Assembly: GCA_032718475.1 (NCBI GenBank)
Contig: JAUCBJ010007043.1
Coordinates: forward strand, 175,404-239,403
Reading direction: 5' to 3'
Length of the DNA stretch: 64,000 nt
From: Nemertoderma westbladi
Taxonomy: Eukaryota; Animalia; Xenacoelomorpha
The position numbers and the translations under genes are program-made. The notes beneath the pieces were generated by a model, which was not told the origin of the DNA, did no database searches, and saw only the letters and a list, made by a program, of their open reading frames with translations. Positions 37,034-52,316 of the stretch are shown here, piece by piece; position 1 is the first letter of the stretch; each line of letters begins with the position of its first letter.

Positions 37034-37327
37034 AGCCCCGTTCACATCCAACGGTGCGTGAGCGGTAAAGTAGTCTGGCGGTATTGAAGCGGTAAGCCAG
37101 CGGTACACTACCCGGAGCCCGTCACACCCAACGGTACCGTTGCGGTAACCGTTGACTGTGAATTCAACAGGAAATTACATTAATTGTTTTAACATTGTTT
37201 AAATGGGCTGCGGTAAACCGCGCGGTTTAGCGCACAACTACCTGTTGGGTCGTTCACAGTCAGCGGTGTACCGCTGACCCTGCGGTACACCGCGCGGTGT
37301 ACCGTTCCGTTGGATGTGAACGGGCCT
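37034..37327. mobile_element. MITE, PIF/Harbinger-like
   Basis: TIRs AGCCCCGTTCACATCCAACGG / CCGTTGGATGTGAACGGGCCT; flanked by TAA / TGA; internal GCGGTA repeats. Confidence 0.8.
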
Positions 37328-38239
37328 TGAGCGGGTTAATAATAAATAACACTATTATATTTCGACGATTGGTACGGAGAAGTGAAGAAGAGGAGAAAGG
37401 TGTTGGTATTATGATTCATCTTTCTGAATAATACAATAAGAAATTTATTTTATTACATGGGAAAAAAAGTATAAATTTTTTCACTATTCTCGAGGAATTT
37501 TATTTACCGAGCGTCAGCGAGGATAATAAAGGGTCGAGATAATATTGAAAAAAAATTTAAATTTTAATTTAAAGTGAAATATGGAATTTTTTGTAATTTT
37601 ATTCTTAAATTGATACTTTTTTGTTGCTTAATTCTTTAATAAAACGTACAGCGATGTAGTGGTAGAAAATAAAATGACCTGCAGCTTTTTTCTATGTTGC
37701 TTCCATAAATACTGCGATTTAAATTGTTATACTGTTCAACTGCTGATACTGCCTTACTCAATGTTAATATTTTAGTGTTCACGAATACTTACTGTATTAC
37801 GTGACTAAAGAGCAGCTCAATTACATAAACCAATATTGGATATTGAGTTCAGTTTTGTAATACGCCTTGTCAGATATCCACTACAGAGCTTTGGACAGGT
37901 CAGGTATTCTATATCATTGATCAAGATAAGGACGCCCTTGGTCCTGGATTAAGGACCCATTTACTTGGTTGCAGGGGTATATGGCCTGGCCAGGCAGATG
38001 GTGATCTACCAATGGATGGTCAGGAGTAGAGTGTTCTCATGTCCACTCTGAGTGCACTTCACTGCGACCTGCACCTGGCAGCAGGGGTACAGGTCAATGG
38101 AGGGTCATGTGCGTCAGAGTAGGTATGGGTGATGGGCCTCATATCTGACACCACTGCGACACCCACCCTGTGGAATGGCAAACCAGGGTGTGGTATATGC
38201 CCCGAGAGCTGACTCGGGAAAAAAGCACCACCCCCCCCT

Positions 38240-39335
38240 ATGGATAACATTAGTAATGCGGAGGTCCGGCCAGTTGAGGCCAATGCAATTACCGGACACA
38301 ATCGGCCTCACAGGCGTCAGTTTTCTCCTGACCGGCTGCCTGTCTTACCCCCTACTGGAGAGAGAGCGGCCAACAATTCTTTGAGTCCCTTTCCTGATCA
38401 CCTTTCTGGCCCAAGCCCTGGGTCACCAGGGAGGCCAGATTGTGAGGGGGAGTGGGATTCTGGAGTTGGAGGCTACTCTCATGTTCCACCCCGACCAACT
38501 AAGCCATTGGTGAATCTGAGGCAAGTCACTAGACTAGCCTCAGTTAACACCCTAACACTCGGGTCCACAATGATACAAGGTGAGCGGACTGCCTTGGCAG
38601 ATAAGCTTTCTCTTAGCGCAGTGGGAATTCAAGAGCACCGAATGCAGACTGGGCAGACTAATGAGGTTCTGATTAAGGACATGGGGGCGGTTGGCGACTC
38701 GCCCTCGCATCAGCAGATGATAGTGGCAATGGTGGAATGGGTCTATTGATGAATCCAACTGCACATGCAGCATTGGACAAAATAGACCAAATCTCTAACC
38801 GCATCATCCGTTACCACTTCTCATGTTCTGGAAGACTGGCTAAGAAGTTTCCCAAGGTGGTTCTGATTGTGTGCTACTCTCCAACTAGTGTTGCCCCTGT
38901 GGAGGAGGTGGAAAATTTCTACCACAATTTTCAAGCAACTACAGATGGAGTGGATCAGCATGCATTATTAACATTCCTGGGAGACTTTAATGCAAGTCTG
39001 CATCAATCACCTACATCGCCCTGGGTCTATAGCGATAGTGTTAACCGAAATTCCGTCCATCTTCAGGATTTCATCTTTGGAAATTGACTGTTTTCAGCTG
39101 GAACCCAGTTCAAGAAGCGAACTGGAAATCCCTCATAGTGAACAAGACTCATAGTGGACCCAGTGGTCACAAGTCCCAGATAGACCATATTCTGTTTCCT
39201 AGAAAATACAGGAGCTCTATACAAGACTGTAATGCATTTACACTTCGACCCTTCTCCAGTGATCACCGCCTTATTGTGGCCAAGGTAAGACTTAGTCTGC
39301 ATGCTAGCAGAACAACGAAATCTACCTTGTCGCCG
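38240..39335 (+). pseudogene. RTE-clade LINE 5' part: AP-endonuclease domain, frameshifted
   Basis: RLASVNTLTL, GIQEHR, CYSPT, LGDFNA, QIDHIL, SDHRLI motifs spread over three frames; ends abruptly at the satellite. Confidence 0.88.
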
Positions 39336-42300
39336 TACCCTTATACTATACCTGCACTCTCTACTGTATCCATAGTACCCTTATACTGTACTATACCTGC
39401 ACTCTCTACTGTATCCATAGTACCCTTATACTATACCTGCACTCTCTACTGTATCTATAGTACCCTTATACTATACCTGCACTCCCTACTGTATCTATAG
39501 TACCCTTATACTATACCTACACTCTCTACTGTATCTATAGTACCCTTATACTATACCTGCACTCTCTACTGTATCTATAGTACCCTTATACTATACCTGC
39601 ACTCCCTACTGTATCTATAGTACCCTTATACTATACCTACACTCTCTACTGTATCTATAGTACCCTTATACTATACCTGCACTCCCTACTGTATCTATAG
39701 TACCCTTATACTATACCTGCACTCTCTACTGTATCTATAGTACCCTTATACTATACCTGCACTCCCTACTGTATCTATAGTACCCTTATACTATACCTGC
39801 ACTCTCTACTGTATCTATAGTACCCTTATACTATACCTGCACTCCCTACTGTATCTATAGTACCCTTATACTATACCTGCACTCTCTACTGTATCTATAG
39901 TACCCTTATACTATACCTACACTCTCTACTGTATCTATAGTACCCTTATACTATACCTGCACTCTCTACTGTATCTATAGTACCCTTATACTATACCTGC
40001 ACTCTCTACTGTATCTATAGTACCGTTATACTATACCTGCACTCTCTACTGTATCTATAGTACCCTTATACTATACCTGCACTCTCTACTGTATCTATAG
40101 TACCCTTATACTATACCTGCACTCTCTACTATATCTATAGTATCCTTATACTATACCTGCACTCTCTACTGTACCTATAGTACCCTTATACTATATCTGC
40201 ACTCCCTACTGTATCTATAGTACCTTTATACTATACCTGCACTCTCTACTGTATCTATAGTACCCTTATACTATACCTGCACTCTCTACTCCCTCTATAG
40301 TACCCTTATACTATACCTGCACTCTCTACTCCATCTATAGTACCCTTATACTATACCTGCACTCCCTACTGTATCCATAGTACCCTTATACTATACCTGC
40401 ACTCTCTACTGTATCTATAGTACCGTTATACTATACCTGCACTCTCTACTGTATCTATAGTACCGTTATACTATACCTGCACTCTCTACTCCATCTATAG
40501 TACCCTTATACTATACCTGCACTCCCTACTGTATCTATAGTACCCTTATACTATACCTGCACTCTCTACTGTATCTATAGTACCCTTATACTATACCTGC
40601 ACTCCCTACTGTATCTATAGTACCCTTATACTATACCTGCACTCCCTACTGTATCTATAGTACCCTTATACTATACCTGCACTCTCTACTGTATCTATAG
40701 TACCGTTATACTATACCTGCACTCTCTACTGTATCTATAGTACCCTTATACTATACCTGCACTCTCTACTGTATCTATAGTACCCTTATACTATACCTGC
40801 ACTCTCTACTGTATCTATAGTACCCTTATACTATACCTGCACTCTCTACTGTATCTATAGTACCCTTATACTATACCTGCACTCTCTACTGTATCTATAG
40901 TACCCTTATACTATACCTGCACTCTCTACTGTATCTATAGTACCTTTATACTATACCTGCACTCTCTACTGCATCTATAGTACCGTTATACTATACCTGC
41001 ACTCTCTACTGTATCTATAGTACCCTTATACTATACCTGCACTCTCTACTGTATCTATAGTACCCTTATACTATACCTGCACTCTCTACTGTATCTATAG
41101 TACCCTTATACTATACCTGCACTCTCTACTGTATCTATAGTACCCTTATACTATACCTGCACTCTCTACTGTATCTATAGTACCCTTATACTATACCTGC
41201 ACTCTCTACTGTATCTATAGTACCCTTATACTATACCTGCACTCCCTACTGTATCTATAGTACCCTTATACTATACCTGCACTCTCTACTGTATCTATAG
41301 TACCCTTATACTATACCTGCACTCTCTACTGTATCTATAGTACCCTTATACTATACCTGCACTCTCTACTGTATCTATAGTACCCTTATACTATACCTGC
41401 ACTCTACTGTATCTATAGTACCCTTATACTATACCTGCACTCTCTACTGTATCTATAGTACCCTTATACTATACCTGCACTCTCTACTGTATCTATAGTA
41501 CCCTTATACTATACCTGCACTCTCTACTGTATCTATAGTACCCTTATACTATACCTGCACTCTCTACTGTATCTATAGTACCCTTATACTATACCTGCAC
41601 TCTCTACTGTATCTATAGTACCCTTATACTATACCTGCACTCTCTACTGTATCTATAGTACCCTTATACTATACCTGCACTCTCTACTGTATCTATAGTA
41701 CCCTTATACTATACCTGCACTCTCTACTGTATCTATAGTACCCTTATACTATACCTGCACTCTCTACTGTATCTATAGTACCCTTATACTATACCTGCAC
41801 TCTCTACTGTATCTATAGTACCGTTATACTATACCTGCACTCTCTACTCCATCTATAGTACCCTTATACTATACCTGCACTCTCTACTGTATCTATAGTA
41901 CCCTTATACTATACCTGCACTCTCTACTGTATCTATAGTACCCTTATACTATACCTGCACTCTCTACTGTATCTATAGTACCCTTATACTATACCTGCAC
42001 TCTCTACTCCATCTATAGTACCCTTATACTATACCTGCACTCCCTACTGTATCTATAGTACCCTTATACTATACCTGCACTCTCTACTGTATCTATAGTA
42101 CCCTTATACTATACCTGCACTCTCTACTGTATCTATAGTACCCTTATACTATACCTGCACTCTCTACTGTATCTATAGTACCCTTATACTATACCTGCAC
42201 TCTCTACTGTATCTATAGTACCCTTATACTATACCTGCACTCTCTACTGTATCTATAGTACCCTTATACTATACCTGCACTCTCTACTGTATCTATAGTA

Positions 42301-45300
42301 CCCTTATACTATACCTGCACTCTCTACTGTATCTATAGTACCCTTATACTATACCTGCACTCTCTACTGTATCTATAGTACCCTTATACTATACCTGCAC
42401 TCTCTACTGTATCTATAGTACCCTTATACTATACCTGCACTCTCTACTGTATCTATAGTACCCTTATACTATACCTGCACTCTCTACTGCATCTATAGTA
42501 CCCTTATACTATACCTGCACTCTCTACTGTATCTATAGTACCCTTATACTATACCTGCACTCTCTACTGTATCTATAGTACCCTTATACTATACCTGCAC
42601 TCTCTACTGTATCTATAGTACCCTTATACTATACCTGCACTCTCTACTGTATCTATAGTACCCTTATACTATACCTGCACTCTCTACTGTATCTATAGTA
42701 CCCTTATACTATACCTGCACTCTCTACTGTATCTATAGTACCCTTATACTATACCTGCACTCTCTACTGTATCTATAGTACCCTTATACTATACCTGCAC
42801 TCCCTACTGTATCTATAGTACCCTTATACTATACCTGCACTCTCTACTCCATCTATAGTACCCTTATACTATACCTGCACTCTCTACTGTATCTATAGTA
42901 CCCTTATACTATACCTGCACTCTCTACTCCATCTATAGTACCCTTATACTATACCTGCACTCCCTACTGTATCTATAGTACCCTTATACTATACCTGCAC
43001 TCTCTACTGTATCTATAGTACCCTTATACTATACCTGCACTCCCTACTGTATCTATAGTACCCTTATACTATACCTGCACTCTCTACTCCATCTATAGTA
43101 CCCTTATACTATACCTGCACTCTCTACTGTATCTATAGTACCCTTATACTATACCTGCACTCTCTACTGTATCTATAGTACCCTTATACTATACCTGCAC
43201 TCTCTACTGTATCTATAGTACCCTTATACTATACCTGCACTCCTACTGTATCTATAGTACCCTTATACTATACCTGCACTCTCTACTGTATCTATAGTAC
43301 CCTTATACTATACCTGCACTCTCTACTGTATCTATAGTACCCTTATACTATACCTGCACTCTCTACTGTATCTATAGTACCCTTATACTATACCTGCACT
43401 CTCTACTGTATCTATAGTACCCTTATACTATACCTGCACTCTCTACTGTATCTATAGTACCCTTATACTATACCTGCACTCTCTACTGTATCTATAGTAC
43501 CCTTATACTATACCTGCACTCTCTACTGTATCTATAGTACCCTTATACTATACCTGCACTCTCTACTGTATCTATAGTACCCTTATACTATACCTGCACT
43601 CTCTACTGTATCTATAGTACCCTTATACTATACCTGCACTCTCTACTGTATCTATAGTACCCTTATACTATACCTGCACTCTCTACTGTATCTATAGTAC
43701 CCTTATACTATACCTACACTCTCTACTGTATCTATAGTACCCTTATACTATACCTGCACTCTCTACTGTATCTATAGTACCCTTATACTATACCTGCACT
43801 CTCTACTGTATCTATAGTACCCTTATACTATACCTGCACTCTCTACTGTATCTATAGTACCCTTATACTATACCTGCACTCTCTACTGTATCTATAGTAC
43901 CCTTATACTATACCTGCACTCTCTACTTGTATCTATAGTACCCTTATACTATACCTGCACTCTCTACTGTATCTATAGTACCCTTATACTATACCTGCAC
44001 TCTCTACTGTATCTATAGTACCCTTATACTATACCTGCACTCTACTGTATCTATAGTACCCTTATACTATACCTGCACTCTCTACTGTATCTATAGTACC
44101 CTTATACTATACCTGCACTCCCTACTGTATCTATAGTACCCTTATACTATACCTGCACTCTCTACTGTATCTATAGTACCCTTATACTATACCTGCACTC
44201 CCTACTGTATCTATAGTACCCTTATACTATACCTGCACTCTCTACTGTATCTATAGTACCCTTATACTATACCTGCACTCTCTACTGTATCTATAGTACC
44301 CTTATACTATACCTGCACTCCCTACTGTATCTATAGTACCCTTATACTATACCTGCACTCTCTACTGTATCTATAGTACCCTTATACTATACCTACACTC
44401 TCTACTGTATCTATAGTACCCTTATACTATACCTGCACTCTCTACTGTATCTATAGTACCCTTATACTATACCTGCACTCTCTACTGTATCTATAGTACC
44501 CTTATACTATACCTGCACTCTCTACTGTATCTATAGTACCCTTATACTATACCTGCACTCTCTACTGTATCTATAGTACCCTTATACTATACCTGCACTC
44601 TCTACTGTATCTATAGTACCGTTATACTATACCTGCACTCTCTACTGTATCTATAGTACCCTTATACTATACCTGCACTCTCTACTGTATCTATAGTACC
44701 CTTATACTATACCTGCACTCTCTACTGTATCTATAGTACCCTTATACTATACCTGCACTCTCTACTGTATCTATAGTACCGTTATACTATACCTGCACTC
44801 TCTACTGTATCTATAGTACCCTTATACTATACCTGCACTCTCTACTGTATCTATAGTACCCTTATACTATACCTGCACTCTCTACTGTATCTATAGTACC
44901 CTTATACTATACCTGCACTCTCTACTGTATCTATAGTACCCTTATACTATACCTGCACTCTCTACTGTATCTATAGTACCCTTATACTATACCTGCACTC
45001 TCTACTGTATCTATAGTACCCTTATACTATACCTGCACTCTCTACTGTATCTATAGTACCCTTATACTATACCTGCACTCTCTACTCCATCTATAGTACC
45101 CTTATACTATACCTGCACTCTCTACTGTATCTATAGTACCCTTATACTATACCTGCACTCTCTACTGTATCTATAGTACCCTTATACTATACCTGCACTC
45201 TCTACTGTATCTATAGTACCCTTATACTATACCTGCACTCTCTACTGTATCTATAGTACCCTTATACTATACCTGCACTCTCTACTGTATCTATAGTACC

Positions 45301-48300
45301 CTTATACTATACCTGCACTCTCTACTGTATCTATAGTACCCTTATACTATACCTGCACTCCCTACTGTATCTATAGTACCCTTATACTATACCTGCACTC
45401 TCTACTGTATCTATAGTACCCTTATACTATACCTGCACTCTCTACTGTATCTATAGTACCCTTATACTATACCTGCACTCTCTACTGTATCTATAGTACC
45501 CTTATACTATACCTGCACTCTCTACTGTATCTATAGTACCCTTATACTATACCTGCACTCTCTACTGTATCTATAGTACCCTTATACTATACCTGCACTC
45601 TCTACTGTATCTATAGTACCCTTATTATAATAATGCAGGGTGGAAATTATCAAATGACAAACGCACACTGTCACCAAAACAGTAAATAATTGAATAATGA
45701 TTAATTTATTATATTATATACCTGCACTCTCTACTGTATCTATAGTACCCTTATACTATACCTGCACTCTCTACTGTATCTATAGTACCCTTATACTATA
45801 CCTGCACTCTCTACTCCATCTATAGTACCCTTATACTATACCTGCACTCTCTACTGTATCTATAGTACCCTTATACTATACCTGCACTCTCTACTCCATC
45901 TATAGTACCCTTATACTATACCTGCACTCTCTACTGTATCTATAGTACCCTTATACTATACCTGCACTCTCTACTGTATCTATAGTACCCTTATACTATA
46001 CCTGCACTCACTACTGTATCTATAGTACCCTTATACTATACCTACACTCTCTACTGTATATATAGTACCCTTATACTATACCTGCACTATCTACTGTATC
46101 TATAGTACCCTTATACTATACCTGCACTCCCTACTGTATCTATAGTACCCTTATACTATACCTGCACTCTCTACTGTATCTATAGTACCGTTATACTATA
46201 CCTGCACTCTCTACTGTATCTATAGTACCCTTATACTATACCTGCACTCTCTACTGTATCTATAGTACCCTTATACTATACCTGCACTCTCTACTGTATC
46301 TATAGTACCCTTATACTATACCTGCACTCTCTACTGTAACTATAGTACCCTTATACTATACCTGCACTCTCTACTGTAACTATAGTACCCTTATACTATA
46401 CCTGCTATCTACCGTATTTATAGTACCCTTATACTATACCTGCACTCTCTACTCCCTCTATAGTACCCTTATACTATACCTGCACTCTCTACTGTATCTA
46501 TAGTACCCTTATACTATACCTGCACTCTCTACTGTATCTATAGTACCCTTATACTATACCTGCACTCTCTACTGTATCTATAGTACCCTTATACTATACC
46601 TGCACTCTCTACTGTATCTATAGTACCCTTATACTATACCTGCACTCTCTACTGTATCTATAGTACCCTTATACTATACCTGCACTCTCTACTGTATCTA
46701 TAGTACCCCTTATACTATACCTGCACTCTCTACTGTATCTATAGTACCCTTATACTATACCTGCACTCCCTACTGTATCTATAGTACCCTTATACTATAC
46801 CTGCACTCTCTACTGTATCTATAGTACCCTTATACTATACCTGCACTCTCTACTCCATCTATAGTACCGTTATACTATACCTGCACTCTCTACTGTATCC
46901 ATAGTACCCTTATACTATACCTGCACTCTCTACTGTATCTATAGTACCCTTATACTATACCTGCACTCTCTACTGTATCTATAGTACCCTTATACTATAC
47001 CTGCACTCTCTACTCTATCTATAGTACCCTTATACTATATCTGCACTCTCTACTGTATCTATAGTACCCTTATACTATACCTGCACTCTCTACTGTATCT
47101 ATAGTACCCTTATACTATACCTGCACTCTCTACTCCCTCTATAGTACCGTTATACTATACCTGCACTCTCTACTGTATCTATAGTACCCTTATACTTTAC
47201 CTGCACTCTCTACTGTATCTATAGTACCCTTATACTATACCTGCACTCTCTACTGTATCTATAGTACCCTTATACTATACCTGCACTCTCTACTGTATCT
47301 ATAGTACCCTTATACTATACCTGCACTCTCTACTGTATCTATAGTACCCTTATACTATACCTGCACTCTCTACTGTATCTATAGTACCCTTATACTATAC
47401 CTGCACTCTCTACTGTATCTATAGTACCCTTATACTATACCTGCACTCTCTACTGTATCTATAGTACCCTTATACTATACCTGCACTCTCTACTGTATCT
47501 ATAGTACCCTTATACTATACCTGCACTCTCTACTGTATCTATAGTACCCTTATACTATACCTGCACTCTCTACTGTATCTATAGTACCGTTATACTTTAC
47601 CTGCACTCTCTACTGTATCTATAGTACCCTTATACTATACCTGCACTCTCTACTGTATCTATAGTACCCTTATACTATACCTGCACTCTCTACTGTATCT
47701 ATAGTACCGTTATACTTTACCTGCACTCTCTACTGTATCTATAGTACCCTTATACTATACCTGCACTCTCTACTGTATCTATAGTACCGTTATACTTTAC
47801 CTGCACTCTCTACTGTATCTATAGTACCCTTATACTATACCTGCACTCTCTACTGTATCTATAGTACCCTTATACTATACCTGCACTCTCTACTATATCT
47901 ATAGTACCCTTATACTATACCTGCACTCTCTACTGTATCTATAGTACCCTTATACTATACCTGCACTCTCTACTGTATCTATAGTACCCTTATACTATAC
48001 CTGCTCTCTCTACTGTATCTATAGTACCCTTATACTATACCTGAACTCTCTACTGTATCTATAGTACCCTTATACTATACCTGCTCTCTCTACTGTATCT
48101 ATAGTACCCTTATACTATACCTGCACTCTCTACTGTATCTATAGTAACGTTATACTTTACCTGCACTCTCTACTGTATCTATAGTAACGTTATACTATAC
48201 CTGCACTCTCTACTGTATCTATAGTAACGTTATACTATACCTGCACTCTCTACTGTATCTATAGTAACGTTATACTATACCTGCACTCTCTACTGTATCT

Positions 48301-50215
48301 ATAGTACCCTTATACTATACCTGCACTCCCTACTGTATCTATAGTACCCTTATACTATACCTGCACTCTCTACTGTATCTATAGTACCGTTATACTTTAC
48401 CTGCACTCTCTACTGTATCTATAGTACCCTTATACTATACCTGCACTCTCTACTGTATCTATAGTACCGTTATACTTTACCTGCACTCTCTACTGTATCT
48501 ATAGTACCCTTATACTATACCTGCACTCTCTACTGTATCTATAGTACCCTTATACTATACCTGCACTCTCTACTATATCTATAGTACCCTTATACTATAC
48601 CTGCACTCTCTACTGTATCTATAGTACCCTTATACTATACCTGCACTCTCTACTGTATCTATAGTACCCTTATACTATACCTGCACTCTCTACTGTATCT
48701 ATAGTACCCTTATACTATACCTGCACTCCCTACTGTAACTATAGTACCCTTATACTATACCTGCACTCTCTACTATATCTATAGTACCCTTATACTATAC
48801 CTGCACTCTCTACTGTATCTATAGTACCCTTATACTATACCTGCACTCTCTACTATATCTATAGTACCCTTATACTATACCTGCACTCTCTACTGTATCT
48901 ATAGTACCCTTATACTATACCTGCACTCTCTACTGTATCTATAGTACCCTTATACTATACCTGCACTCTCTACTATATCTATAGTACCCTTATACTATAC
49001 CTGCACTCTCTACTGTATCTATAGTACCCTTATACTATACCTGCACTCTCTACTGTATCTATAGTACCCTTATACTATACCTGCACTCTCTACTGTATCT
49101 ATAGTACCCTTATACTATACCTGCACTCTCTACTGTATCTATAGTACCCTTATACTATACCTGCACTCTCTACTGTATCTATAGTACCGTTATACTTTAC
49201 CTGCACTCTCTACTGTATCTATAGTACCCTTATACTATACCTGCACTCTCTACTGTATCTATAGTACCGTTATACTTTACCTGCACTCTCTACTGTATCT
49301 ATAGTACCCTTATACTATACCTGCACTCTCTACTGTATCTATAGTACCCTTATACTATACCTGCACTCTCTACTATATCTATAGTACCCTTATACTATAC
49401 CTGCACTCTCTACTGTATCTATAGTACCCTTATACTATACCTGCACTCTCTACTGTATCTATAGTACCCTTATACTATACCTGCACTCTCTACTGTATCT
49501 ATAGTACCCTTATACTTTACCTGCACTCTCTACTGTATCTATAGTACCCTTATACTATACCTGCACTCTCTACTCTATCTATAGTACCCTTATACTATAC
49601 CTGCACTCTCTACTGTATCTATAGTAACGTTATACTTTACCTGCACTCTCTACTGTATCTATAGTACCCTTATACTATACCTGCTCTCTCTACTGTATCT
49701 ATAGTACCCTTATACTATACCTGCTCTCTCTACTGTATCTATAGTACCCTTATACTATACCTGCTCTCTCTACTGTATCTATAGTACCCTTATACTATAC
49801 CTGCACTCTCTACTGTATCTATAGTAACGTTATACTTTACCTGCACTCTCTACTGTATCTATAGTACCCTTATACTATACCTGCTCTCTCTACTGTATCT
49901 ATAGTACCCTTATACTATACCTGAACTCTCTACTGTATCTATAGTACCCTTATACTATACCTGCTCTCTCTACTGTATCTATAGTACCCTTATACTATAC
50001 CTGCACTCTCTACTGTATCTATAGTAACGTTATACTTTACCTGCACTCTCTACTGTATCTATAGTAACGTTATACTATACCTGCACTCTCTACTGTATCT
50101 ATAGTAACGTTATACTATACCTGCACTCTCTACTGTATCTATAGTAACGTTATACTATACCTGCACTCTCTACTGTATCTATAGTACACTTATACTATAC
50201 CTGCTATCTACCGTA
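39336..50215. repeat. 40-bp satellite TACCCTTATACTATACCTGCACTCTCTACTGTATCTATAG, ~270 copies
   Basis: Highly homogeneous array with one ~90-bp interruption at ~45626-45716. Confidence 0.98.
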
Positions 50216-51631
50216 CTTATTTACCTTTGCTGCAAATCTCTTGCAAATATCGACATGAACATCCCAGAACAAATTAAGTAAATTATAGTCAATCGGAGTG
50301 CCGAAGTCATAATTCCAGGAAGTTGCTTTTAAACCTGTGGTACAATGATTGAATGATATAATGAATGGTATACAATGATTATTATCGTGACTTTAAGAAA
50401 TTTCTAAGTACCAGCACACTCTATAATGATCAGAGATAAACATTCACTACTTTGATTTAATCCAATCTGATACTTTGACAGCGCTGCCCGACGTTATATA
50501 TTTTATTCACCTACTGTAGACACATAGACTCATGACTATATTGCACATCTGTCACATATCAGTCAGTATGAGTCACCACCAACAACTACTTTGTTCATAT
50601 TCACATGGTGTGCCTCAGTAAAATTCAAATTATATGTTATAATATAAATAGTACAGCGCAAGTTTATGAGCTAATGTTGATCTACTTGGTCGAAATCCGT
50701 TTTGGCTCGTATGTAGCAGTTTCTATATGTGAGGCCTAATTCTAATCCATCATTTTATTGTATATTTTGGTAGCTACCACAAGCAGACAGATCACACGAT
50801 AGTTTGTTATGGTACACCGAAGTCTCCTTTCATGGGGAGAGGCTTTAGTTGACTTTTATTCAGAATTGGCCTCTTTGCCTACTCTATAGATACGACCAGC
50901 CAAGCTTCTGCAAAGCCCCTAAATTTAGTGGGCCAGTTATTTCTCTCAGTTAGAATCCCTGAAACAATATATATAAAGACTCGAAAGTACTCGTCCCTAA
51001 CTAAAATGTTGTCCCCTTTTCAGATGAGACAAATAAAAATTTAATAGCTCCAGTAGTTATCGAGATACTGTATGAGATGTTCCTGGCACCCATTCCATAC
51101 AATTTCAGAACTTTCGGAATTGATTGTAACGAGTTGTATCGTGATCAGCGACCTTGAAATCCAGTGTATCTTCAGAAATATCAAACCTAAGGCAAAATCT
51201 TTTTGACAGTTTCTAATTTTTTGATACCTGTACTTTTCATTGTGGAGGACCTAAATAACACAAAAAATGATGGTTGCATCGCCATAAAATATTTTTAACA
51301 AGTTTTATCGTTATCAGCGACCTCTTAAACCCTTATACCATCAAAATTGAAATTTTTGAGTTATATAAAAAATTTATAAAATGAGTCCCTTTAACAGGCT
51401 GAGATAACTCCCCACCAAACATGACTCCCCAGTCGTCTCAGCCTAGGCTGAGAACACTAGTCAGTCGTCTCAGCCTAGGCGGAGAACACCTCCCAGTCTT
51501 CTCACCTTAGGCTGTGAAAACTCCATTTAGGCTGAGATAACTCCCCTCTAGTTGCAAAAAAATGTTTATTTGTGGGGCGAGCCACGAAGTGAGCGAAGCC
51601 TTAGCATATGGGTGCCATTGGCGAGTTGTCT

Positions 51632-51667
<36 letters not shown>

Positions 51668-51845
51668 TGAGTAAAGTGCTGGCTAAGTAAAGACGAGGTC
51701 ATACCAGATCTACTTTTCTGGCAACCAACCCATGGAAAGCGTAGTCGTGGACGACCGGCCATAACATCAGATAGGGGGGGAAACTGGACACACACATAAA
51801 AATATCTCTCCAGGGGAAACTGGACGCAAATCCCAGAAATGGTGA

Positions 51846-52316
51846 ATTTGGGATTTGGATTTTGGTAATAAGGAATTTGGGAATAAGGAATTTGGGATTT
51901 GGGAATAAGGTATTTGGAATAAGGTATTTGGGATTTGGGAATAAGGTGTTTGGGATTTGGGAATAAGGTATTTGGGATTTGGGATTAAGGGATTTGGGAA
52001 TAAGGCATTTGGGATTTGGGAATAAGGTATTTGGGATTTGGGAATAAGGTATTTGGGATTTGGGAATAAGGTATTTGGGATTTGGGAATAAGGTATTTGG
52101 GATTTGGGAATAAGGTATTTGGGATTTGGGAATAAGGTATTTGGGATTTGGGAATAAGGGATTTGGGATTTGGGAATAAAGTATTTGGGATTAAGGTATT
52201 TGGGATTTGGGAATACGGTATTTGGGATTTGGGAATAAGGTATTTGGGATTTGGGATTAAGGTATTTGGGATTTGGAATTAAGGTATTTGGGATTTGGGA
52301 ATAACGAATTTGGGAT
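51846..52316 (+). repeat. Left subterminal array (TTTGGGATTTGGGAATAAGGTA)n
   Basis: 22/15-bp units; inverted counterpart at 57210-57620. Confidence 0.95.

Noticed and set aside
39336-50215. CRISPR-like array
   Set aside because: Contiguous 40-bp monomers with no unique spacers and no cas genes; eukaryotic satellite.
30949-51394. Kolobok-like ends TTAAAGGGAC (30949) and GTCCCTTTAA (~51385) as one large element
   Set aside because: The inverted match does not extend beyond these ~10 bp; likely unrelated fragments.
51846-52316. True telomere or interstitial telomeric repeat
   Set aside because: The unit is not TTAGGG/TTAGG and is mirrored inside a TSD-flanked element.
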